In this document: in pieces, positions 21,540 to 28,843 of the stretch
Layout: each line of letters opens with the position of its first letter
Position numbering within the stretch: position 1 is the stretch's first letter
IMG/VR virus record: IMGVR_UViG_3300017598_000261
Coordinates: 1-38,947 of that record
Reading direction: 5' to 3' (one strand)
From: a virus
Length of the DNA stretch: 38,947 nt
Position numbers and translations under genes: made by a program
The notes under the pieces: model-generated
The model's database searches: none
Told to the model about the DNA's origin: nothing
The model's input: the letters and a program-made list of their open reading frames with translations, nothing else

Positions 21540-21701
21540 ATGGAAAAAAGAATAAGTGAAAAAGAACTACAAGAAATTAGAGACTGGGTTGTTGAGAACA
21601 CACTCGACCTAGATTATGGTCAGTTCTTACAGTTTGTAGTCGAGTTAGCATTGATACATGAGCATAATAATAGTATAATAGAGGGTATAGATGACAAATA
21701 A
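21540..21701 (+). CDS. Hypothetical 53-aa protein (not in track).
   Basis: Open frame MEKRISEKELQEIRDWVVENTLDLDYGQFLQFVVELALIHEHNNSIIEGIDDK*. Confidence 0.4.
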   Translation: MEKRISEKELQEIRDWVVENTLDLDYGQFLQFVVELALIHEHNNSIIEGIDDK

Positions 21702-21867
21702 AACAATCGAAGAAGTAGTACAAAATCACTATGACCAGATCTTTAATGAGTGCATGAAAATTATAGGTGACGACATGTTTGATATAGTCGTTGAGGTTAA
21801 GGATTTTTCAGGTAAGACAATCAGAGTTTCATGGGAAGATAGAAACAAAGCATTAAAGGAGCAATGA
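21691..21867 (+). CDS. Hypothetical 58-aa protein (not in track).
   Basis: GAGGG lies 5 nt upstream. The stop forms an ATGA overlap with the next gene. Confidence 0.45.
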   Translation: MTNKTIEEVVQNHYDQIFNECMKIIGDDMFDIVVEVKDFSGKTIRVSWEDRNKALKEQ

Positions 21868-22226
21868 CAAAAAATAACATAGACATAGCAAAACTATATG
21901 GAGTGACTACAGCACTGGGTAAACGCTGGATAGTATCTCTTAAATTTCAAGACGTCGGCAGAGATCACAACAATAGATTACTCTATGACTCAAAGGATTA
22001 TAACAAGATTGAAAAGTACTTAAAGGTATCTCCCACAGGTAGAACACAACTGCGTGTACCTAAAAAGATAAGAGATATGAAACCACCCAATGTAACACCT
22101 AAGAATGCAATACGTAAAGGGACTTGCGAATTCTGTAAAAAAGAAAAGAAACACTGGAGTAGATCAACCTGTGGATCTAAAGAGTGTATAACTAAGGTTT
22201 ATAAGAGAAGAGGATTAAACTCGTGA
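21864..22226 (+). CDS. Putative DNA-binding protein (N-terminal HTH-like segment, C-terminal CxxC...CxxxxC).
   Basis: IDIAKLYGVTTALGKRWI is HTH-like. CEFCKKEKKHWSRSTCGSKEC is zinc-finger-like. Confidence 0.45.
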   Translation: MTKNNIDIAKLYGVTTALGKRWIVSLKFQDVGRDHNNRLLYDSKDYNKIEKYLKVSPTGRTQLRVPKKIRDMKPPNVTPKNAIRKGTCEFCKKEKKHWSRSTCGSKECITKVYKRRGLNS

Positions 22227-22456
22227 TTGGCACACTCATAACAGCAATAGTATTTTATTTTATAGGCAGATACTCCCACACTAATGAGATAGAGCAGAAA
22301 GTGATCGAGATGAAGCACAAGTTAAAGAAAAAACCAAAAGCTGGAGTAATACCATTCAAAACACAAGAAGATTTTGAGTATGAAAAGAGTGGTGATAAAG
22401 CTCTAGATGATGAGTGGAATAGACCAGGTGGTATAGGGGACTTAGTAAAATCATGA
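22223..22456 (+). CDS. Small membrane-anchored protein.
   Basis: GTG start overlapping the previous stop. N-terminal hydrophobic stretch IGTLITAIVFYFIG. Confidence 0.45.
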   Translation: MIGTLITAIVFYFIGRYSHTNEIEQKVIEMKHKLKKKPKAGVIPFKTQEDFEYEKSGDKALDDEWNRPGGIGDLVKS

Positions 22457-22779
22457 ACATAACTAACAAATGCCCTAAGTGTGATGAGATTACAGATAAA
22501 TACATGACTATAGGTGGTATAAAAATGGCTTGTGATTGTAGTAATTGCTTTAAAAGTAGAAAGCCAATGGGTAAGCCATATGAGTTTACATCAGATATGA
22601 TAAGAGAAGGTAGAAAACAATTTAAAAACGAACTATACCAACCATATAGGGAAGGAAACTTTAGTAAAGAATATAGAGATGCTAACCCAGAGATATCAAG
22701 AGGTATGGTAAAAGCAGGTGTAATAACACAACAACAACACAAGAACGCTAAGAACGTATGGAAAGGTGATGTGGGTTAG
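22453..22779 (+). CDS. Zinc-ribbon protein, last gene before the first late-type promoter.
   Basis: CPKC-N16-CDCSNC at the N-terminus. 108 aa. Ends 4 nt before TGTGATATAAT at 22783. Confidence 0.55.
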   Translation: MNITNKCPKCDEITDKYMTIGGIKMACDCSNCFKSRKPMGKPYEFTSDMIREGRKQFKNELYQPYREGNFSKEYRDANPEISRGMVKAGVITQQQHKNAKNVWKGDVG

Positions 22780-22782
22780 AAG

Positions 22783-22793
22783 TGTGATATAAT
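22783..22793 (+). promoter_or_regulatory. Late-type extended -10 promoter, leaderless configuration.
   Basis: TGTGATATAAT, with ATG 22800 lying 6 nt after the TATAAT. No SD possible. Confidence 0.6.
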
Positions 22794-22799
22794 ATACCT

Positions 22800-23036
22800 A
22801 TGAATAAACCACAAACCCCCCCTAAATATTCATTACAACAACTCCAGGAATATATAGCCCTGACAAAACATTTCACAGAAAACATCGAACAGGTATATGT
22901 AACCAAAGAGGTTATAGAATGGTTCGACGAACAACGCACTCAAGTAGCTAAAAACTTAAACATCCCAACAACAAAGAATTACAAAGCACCTGTATATATG
23001 GGTGTAGAGTTAGTTGTAAAGGTAGATGTTAAATGA
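22800..23036 (+). CDS. Hypothetical protein (predicted leaderless mRNA).
   Basis: 78-aa ORF whose ATG sits at the predicted transcription start. Confidence 0.55.
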   Translation: MNKPQTPPKYSLQQLQEYIALTKHFTENIEQVYVTKEVIEWFDEQRTQVAKNLNIPTTKNYKAPVYMGVELVVKVDVK

Positions 23037-23269
23037 TGTCAAGTATTACCCTCGGAGAATTAGCAGAACTTCACAAGAACGTTAAAACATTATCACAACA
23101 ACCAATGACTATTAACGATTTTTGGTCAATGGAAACAAATAAAATATGGCTCAATTCTTCTTTATGGGAAAAATTAAAGATAAATATAAGTAGGATGTTA
23201 CGAGGTAATAAGCCTTACAATATAGAGTTTAAAGAAGAGCTAGATAAACTTAGGAAAGAATCAAAATGA
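23033..23269 (+). CDS. Hypothetical protein.
   Basis: 78-aa ORF with ATGA overlaps on both sides. Confidence 0.55.
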   Translation: MMSSITLGELAELHKNVKTLSQQPMTINDFWSMETNKIWLNSSLWEKLKINISRMLRGNKPYNIEFKEELDKLRKESK

Positions 23270-23517
23270 AAGCATTAAACGACTACTTACTCTTAAGGGT
23301 TAAAGAACCAAAAGATAAAACAGTTTCAGGCATCATAGTTAAACAAGACCCAGTCAATTACTTTAAGGGTAAAGTATTGTCAGTAGGTGAGAAGCTTAAC
23401 AAAGACATGCTAGGTAAATCAGTGTACTTCAATTCAAACGCTACAAGAATATCAATAAGAGAAGAAGAAGATGTATTAGTAGTTATTAAAGCAGAACACG
23501 CACTGCTTGAGGAATAA
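23266..23517 (+). CDS. GroES-like co-chaperonin (Hsp10 fold).
   Basis: LNDYLLLRVKEPKDKTVSGIIVKQ...FKGKVLSVGEKL...LGKSVYFN...EEDVLVVIKAEHALLE parallels GroES (L.DRV.V...E...K..GGI......G.V.AVG....GD.V.F......E..L....DILA). Confidence 0.55.
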   Translation: MKALNDYLLLRVKEPKDKTVSGIIVKQDPVNYFKGKVLSVGEKLNKDMLGKSVYFNSNATRISIREEEDVLVVIKAEHALLEE

Positions 23518-23816
23518 TGGCAAAAAAGAGCAACCTACCAGAGAAGAAAGTAGTATCAAAGGCAACTAAGCCTATTAGTAAGAATAGAGCTTATCAAAAA
23601 GCATCAGCACACTTTCAAGAGGCACTAGATATTTGTGTAGATGTGATGAGAACTAGTAATAACGATAACGCAAGATTGGGAGCAGCTAAAACAATAATCA
23701 ATAAGGTTTTACCAGATCTTAAATCTCAAGAAGTTGATGGTAATTTGAAAGTGAATTTACAGTATGTCATTGGACTCCCAGCAGAAAACAAATTAGAAAT
23801 TGATAAAAAACAATAG
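23517..23816 (+). CDS. Hypothetical basic protein. Possible small terminase subunit by position only.
   Basis: 99 aa, upstream of the HNH and TerL genes. No motif recognised. Confidence 0.3.
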   Translation: MAKKSNLPEKKVVSKATKPISKNRAYQKASAHFQEALDICVDVMRTSNNDNARLGAAKTIINKVLPDLKSQEVDGNLKVNLQYVIGLPAENKLEIDKKQ

Positions 23817-23858
23817 TTCTTATATACAGACACAGCAGGTGGTGGTAAAATAGTATTT

Positions 23859-24320
23859 ATGTCAATAAAAAAAACATGTTATTGTGGTAAAGACTTCCAA
23901 ACATATCAAAGCAAGATAAAGATTGGTAGGGGAAAATATTGCTCCAGGAAGTGTAGTGATAAAAAAACACTAATTAAGCCAGGACAAAGATTATCACCAG
24001 AAACTGAGATTAAAAAAGGTAGTAAGCCATGGAACATAAAGGGATGGAGGTATACAAAATCAAGAGCTGGTGGAAGTAGATATAAACTAATTCACTTACC
24101 AAATCATCCAAATTCAACAAAAGCAGGATATATTAGAGAACATAGACTTGTTATGGAAAAACATATTGGGAGACTTTTAGATAGAAGTGAGATTGTTCAT
24201 CATATTGATGGGAATACACTCAACAACAATATTAAGAACTTAGAGTTAATGAATAAAAAAGACCACGACAGAATGAATGTAAACCTAAATATTCATAAGC
24301 GCTGGCTCGAAAGGAGGTAA
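23859..24320 (+). CDS. HNH endonuclease adjacent to the terminase.
   Basis: An N-terminal CYCGK...CSRKC zinc motif. The HNH core is EIVHHIDGNTLNNNIKNLELMNKKDHDRMN. Confidence 0.8.
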   Translation: MSIKKTCYCGKDFQTYQSKIKIGRGKYCSRKCSDKKTLIKPGQRLSPETEIKKGSKPWNIKGWRYTKSRAGGSRYKLIHLPNHPNSTKAGYIREHRLVMEKHIGRLLDRSEIVHHIDGNTLNNNIKNLELMNKKDHDRMNVNLNIHKRWLERR

Positions 24321-24332
24321 ATATAAATCCCC

Positions 24333-25816
24333 ATGCAAGATCAAACAAAAATAATCTGGACACCACACGAAGGACCACAGACTAACTCTCTTAAAAGAAC
24401 AGAGTTTGAGACGTTGTATGGGGGATAGGTGCTAGAGGCGGTGGTAAAACAGACGCTGGTCTTGCCTGGCTTATGCGTGAGGTACACAACCCCAACTTAA
24501 GAGCTTTAGTACTAAGACGTAATAGCGAAGATCTAAAGGATTGGATAGATAGAGCAACACTACTATACACCAAGCTAGGAGCAATCAAACGCGGTAACCC
24601 ACCAGAGTTTATATTTCCATCAGGTGCAATATTTAGAACAGGACATCTCAAAGACGACCAAGCATACACTAAATATCAAGGTCATGAGTATCACAGAGTC
24701 TTAATTGAAGAGCTAACTCAAATAGCAGAGGAGAGACAGTATCTTAGGTTGTTATCATCATGTAGGTCAACAGTTCCAGGTTTAGAACCAAGGGTTTTCC
24801 TAACAACTAATCCAGGTGGGAGAGGTCATCAATGGGTTAAGAAGAGATACATAGACCCACAAGAACCAGGTACTACTATCTGGCATCACACCGATCTACC
24901 AGATGGCTCAAGAGTATCTAAGTCTAGAGTGTTTATACAAGCCACAATGGATGATAATCCCACTCTTATGACTAATGACCCTTCATATGTAGCTAATATT
25001 GAATCATTAAAGGAAAACGACTATGAAACTTACATGGCATGGAGGTTTGGTGATTGGGATAGATTCGCAGGTCAGGTATTTAGTGAGTTTAGTAGAGCTA
25101 AACATGTTATATCTCCAGTAGTACCAAAGAAGGGAACACATTATCTTTGGATGGATTGGGGCTATAGTGATCATCATGAGTCAGCATTTAGTGCTTATCT
25201 ATCAACAGTGGTAAAGAGCAAGACACCAGATGGACAATCATTTCATCAAGTAATAACATATCAAGAGTTTTGTGGTAATCGTAAAGATCCAGAGGAATGG
25301 GCTAGAATAATCTATAGAAGTTGTAGCGAGATGGGTATAAAACCTAAACTATGTATAGCAGACCCAGCTATGGTTGGATCTAAAGCAGAAACATCACAAC
25401 TACCTGGCAACTTAATGGTTAATGAGTGGAAGCGTCTTAATGATGGAGAAAACTGGCTTAACATGATTAAAGGTAATAACGCTAGAACTGGTAGAGTAGG
25501 TGGTGTAGCAGTAGTACACAAGTGGCTTAGTAACCCACACACAATACCATACTGGCAAATAACCAGCACCTGTAAACACTTGATAAGAACACTTCCTATG
25601 CTAGTATATGATGAGCACAATGTGGAAGATGTAGACACTGGAATGGAAGATCACCCCTACGATGCCTGTAGATATGGACTTATGCACGTCAAGTTTGTAG
25701 CAGTTAAACCAGGATCATATTCTGCTAGGAATGAAGATAAGGTAAAATACCTTAGCAGAGATGAAAGAGGACTGCCAACAATAAATCCGAGTGAATTCTT
25801 TGGTAGTATTAGTTAG
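24333..25816 (+). CDS. terL: Terminase large subunit, interrupted by a -1 frame change at a G5 run (24420-24424).
   Basis: Walker A GARGGGKT (24428-24451) lies upstream of the first ATG (24473) of the long ORF, and no start codon exists in that frame after TGA 24407. A 31-codon ORF from ATG 24333 (MQDQTKIIWTPHEGPQTNSLKRTEFETLYGG*) ends at TAG 24426-24428. The frames join through the GGGGG run. Walker B-like VLIEEL. Positioned before the portal. Confidence 0.75.
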
Positions 25817-25856
25817 TCAAGTAGAGACAACATGTGTCATCGCAAAGTACAGAATT

Positions 25857-26111
25857 ATGAGTATAAAAACACAATCAATCAAAAGTGTATTAAAGAAGGA
25901 TGGGATAATACCCAATGAGATATCCATATTATTTGTGTCTAGTGATGAGAGTAGAGCAGTCCATTGTTTGAACTGTGGAAAGTTTCTTTTATATAGTCAA
26001 CATAGAATACTAGCTGTGGTGGAAGATGATTTATCACAAGTCATGAACACATCTCCATTTACTATTCAATGTCAAAAGTGTGGTAATATCTATAAGTTGA
26101 ATGTGATATAA
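25857..26111 (+). CDS. Zinc-ribbon protein (CxxC...CxxC), loosely Com-like.
   Basis: HCLNCGKFLLYS...TIQCQKCGNIYKL. ATG 25857 is preferred over the GTG 25791 extension, which overlaps terL. The stop codon lies inside the -10 of the next cassette. Confidence 0.45.
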   Translation: MSIKTQSIKSVLKKDGIIPNEISILFVSSDESRAVHCLNCGKFLLYSQHRILAVVEDDLSQVMNTSPFTIQCQKCGNIYKLNVI

Positions 26112-26158
26112 TGACGATAAGGATAAACTACATCCAGTCTTTTAGGGCTGGTTTTTTT
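26102..26158 (+). promoter_or_regulatory. Late cassette copy 3: extended -10 promoter, AAGGAT, hairpin (compensatory variant), T7.
   Basis: TGTGATATAAT 26102-26112. TAAGGAT 26118-26124. Stem CCAGTCT 26134-26140 / GGGCTGG 26145-26151. T7 26152-26158. ATG 26161. Confidence 0.7.
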
Positions 26159-26160
26159 AT

Positions 26161-28053
26161 ATGATAAACGATATACCATCACCAAGCGAAGAAGTAGTTC
26201 AGCCTAATGAAATCATAGACCCACTACATCTTGATCTTGACGAGCAAGACATGGTGAGGACTCTTAAAAGTAATATTAGAGCTTCAATAGACTTTTACAC
26301 AGAGAAAGATTTATACGCTAAACAGCAGAAGAACAAAGATTATTATTTGGGTAGACAAAAACAATACAACGCTTCAAACAAATCAGCTAACTATAAAGAG
26401 AATATTGTCTATGAAGGTATTTCAAGACAAAAACCTATAGAGCTATCAAGACTACCAGATCTAACAGTGCAGGCTGGCAATGAAACACAAGAGAGTAAGG
26501 AAACAGCGGAACTACTATCAAAGGTTATCAACTCAGACACTAAGAAGAGATCTAATCGTAAATTACTTGGCTTAGCTATTAAGCAAGAACCACTCTATTA
26601 TTATTCAGTAGTAAAAACTCGTTGGAATCCTGAGAAGGGAATGTTTGGAGATTATGAATTTGTAAACGTTCACCCAGACAACATAGTTTGGGATCACAAC
26701 TGTCCAACTAGTGAAGCTAATGACATGAGATTTATAGCAGAGACATCAAAGATGACTCTAAAAGAATGTATTATGATGTTCCCAGATAAAGAACTAGAGA
26801 TCTTAGAGGAGTATGGATGGATTAAAGACTCAGATGATAATACAGAAGAACGCATGGCGTCCCCTATTAAGATTCAAGAGGTTTGGTTTCACTGGTATGA
26901 GCGTAAGGGTCAAGAGAGTGAAAGAATTGATGGTGTAATATGGATGTATGGACACACTCTTTTACAAAAGATGAAGAACCCATACTTTGACTATCAAGGT
27001 AGAAAGAAAACATTCAATAAAACAATGAAAGAGAAAGAGAGTGCCACAATAGATGACATACTCATGTCCTTTGATATTCAGAATGGTGAAGACCCATCAG
27101 ATAACTCAGTTATATACAATAACTACTTCCAAGACCCACAAAAACCATACTTCTTTATGGTATATGAGAACATGGGAGAGCATCCAGTTGGTGAGACAAG
27201 TAGAATTGAACAGGTGTTGGATTTTCAAGACTCAATCAATCAAAATGGTGCAATTATTCAGGATATGAATATGAGAAGTAGAGGCAAGGATATCTTTGAT
27301 ACAAACTCTATATCACAAAATACTCTAGATTCAGTAAACATATATGACATTGATCAAGTATTAGGTATAAACGTTCCACAGGGTCAATCAATCAATAATG
27401 TTCACTCACGCATAGAGCAGAAACCAGCAACACAACAACAGTATAGGAGTATGGATACAGATAGACAAAAAGGTTTTGAGATTATCGGAGTCGGTGCAAC
27501 AAGTAGAGGTCTATCAGAACCAGACAGTACACTGGGTGAGTCACAGATGGCAAGGGAAGCTGATTTTGGAATAATTGATGATATTGTAGAGGACACTATT
27601 AACGCTTGTGCAGAGTGGCAAGCTAAGTGGTCACTACAGTTTGTTAAACTATTCTACACAAAACCACACATGAGACACATCATGGGTAAGGATGGTGATG
27701 TACTACACGCCAAACTAACTCAAGATATGGTAGATGATGGAATGGAAGTTGTGGTGTCAGCATCAGGTGTAGACAAGATGATGCGTAAGCGTATGGCTAT
27801 GGAGAACATGAAAATGGGTATTGGAGACCCTCTCACTTACTACGAGGACACAGAGCAGAGTAACCCTAAAGAGAGAGCATTGAGAGCAATGATGGCACAA
27901 GGTAGCCCACAGATGTATATGCAACAGTACTTAATGGATAAACCAACACCAGAAGAAGCAGGTCCAGCAACACAACAAGCAATGGTAGCATCACCAGGTG
28001 GACAGCCACCAGCACCAGGTCAAGCACCACCACCACCTCCCCCACAAGTTTAG
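26161..28053 (+). CDS. Portal protein (by size and position).
   Basis: 630 aa, directly downstream of terL and upstream of scaffold and capsid. Pro-rich C-terminal tail. No specific motif recognised by eye. Confidence 0.6.
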   Translation: MINDIPSPSEEVVQPNEIIDPLHLDLDEQDMVRTLKSNIRASIDFYTEKDLYAKQQKNKDYYLGRQKQYNASNKSANYKENIVYEGISRQKPIELSRLPDLTVQAGNETQESKETAELLSKVINSDTKKRSNRKLLGLAIKQEPLYYYSVVKTRWNPEKGMFGDYEFVNVHPDNIVWDHNCPTSEANDMRFIAETSKMTLKECIMMFPDKELEILEEYGWIKDSDDNTEERMASPIKIQEVWFHWYERKGQESERIDGVIWMYGHTLLQKMKNPYFDYQGRKKTFNKTMKEKESATIDDILMSFDIQNGEDPSDNSVIYNNYFQDPQKPYFFMVYENMGEHPVGETSRIEQVLDFQDSINQNGAIIQDMNMRSRGKDIFDTNSISQNTLDSVNIYDIDQVLGINVPQGQSINNVHSRIEQKPATQQQYRSMDTDRQKGFEIIGVGATSRGLSEPDSTLGESQMAREADFGIIDDIVEDTINACAEWQAKWSLQFVKLFYTKPHMRHIMGKDGDVLHAKLTQDMVDDGMEVVVSASGVDKMMRKRMAMENMKMGIGDPLTYYEDTEQSNPKERALRAMMAQGSPQMYMQQYLMDKPTPEEAGPATQQAMVASPGGQPPAPGQAPPPPPPQV

Positions 28054-28064
28054 TGTGATATAAT
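28054..28064 (+). promoter_or_regulatory. Late-type extended -10 promoter, leaderless or near-leaderless configuration.
   Basis: TGTGATATAAT starts one nt after the portal stop. ATG 28073 is 8 nt after the TATAAT. Confidence 0.55.
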
Positions 28065-28072
28065 AACCACAT

Positions 28073-28750
28073 ATGACAAACCAAAACGCCTCCGACGCCT
28101 TTGACAAGCTCGACAACGATAAAAGAGAAGCATATAAGCAGGAGGTTAAACAAGAAGCTATTCAAGAAGCAAAGAACGCTCTAGTTTCTAGCCTCACAGA
28201 TGATAAAGAGAAATTCTCATGGGAAAGTAGGGGTAAAAAACAACCTGATAATTATAGTGAAATGTTCGCAGAGAGTGATAGACGTGCAGATGCTAAGATT
28301 GAAGCATATAAAAAAGAAGTTGAAAATAGCAGAGTAGCAGAACAAGAAGCAAGAACTAAGCGTGAAGAAGACAAGAGACAACAGGATCTAAAATCAATGG
28401 AGGATAGACGTAAGAGTTTTGATAGCGACTGGTATAGTTTAATGGAACAAGGCAAGATGCCAAAGATGGCTGATGATATTAAAGAGATGGTAAACAAGGG
28501 TCAAAAACTCACACAAGAACAGATAGATAATGATGAAGGCTTAGTGGCTCGTAAGAAACTAATGAATACTGTACAACAATCAGGCAAGAGCACTAAGGTT
28601 GCATTTTATGAAGACTATGAAAAGTTACCAGCAGGAGCAAAAGCACCCGTATTAGGTGGCAGGCCTTCAACACCAGCATCTAAAAAGAGTAAAGATGATT
28701 ACACATACGATGAGATAAAAGCCAAGAGACGAGAGATGTTTGGTTTTTAG
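28073..28750 (+). CDS. Scaffolding protein (by composition and position).
   Basis: 225 aa, highly charged K/E/D-rich helical sequence between portal and capsid genes. Confidence 0.55.
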   Translation: MTNQNASDAFDKLDNDKREAYKQEVKQEAIQEAKNALVSSLTDDKEKFSWESRGKKQPDNYSEMFAESDRRADAKIEAYKKEVENSRVAEQEARTKREEDKRQQDLKSMEDRRKSFDSDWYSLMEQGKMPKMADDIKEMVNKGQKLTQEQIDNDEGLVARKKLMNTVQQSGKSTKVAFYEDYEKLPAGAKAPVLGGRPSTPASKKSKDDYTYDEIKAKRREMFGF

Positions 28751-28755
28751 GAAAG

Positions 28756-28812
28756 TATGATATAATACAAATTAGGATTAAAGACATCCACCCTTTACGG
28801 GGTGGTTTTTTT
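28756..28812 (+). promoter_or_regulatory. Late cassette copy 4: extended -10 promoter, TAGGAT, hairpin, T7.
   Basis: TATGATATAAT 28756-28766. TAGGAT 28773-28778. Stem CCACCC 28788-28793 / GGGTGG 28800-28805. T7 28806-28812. An out-of-frame ATG at 28813 opens a 28-codon uORF. Confidence 0.7.
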
Positions 28813-28843
28813 ATGTCCAAATACAAATTATTTGAAAGGAAAT

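Noticed and set aside
25791-25856. GTG 25791 start for the zinc-ribbon ORF (a 106-aa version overlapping terL by 26 nt).
   Set aside because: The N-terminal extension is hydrophobic filler with no SD. ATG 25857 gives a compact 84-aa protein beginning after the terL stop.
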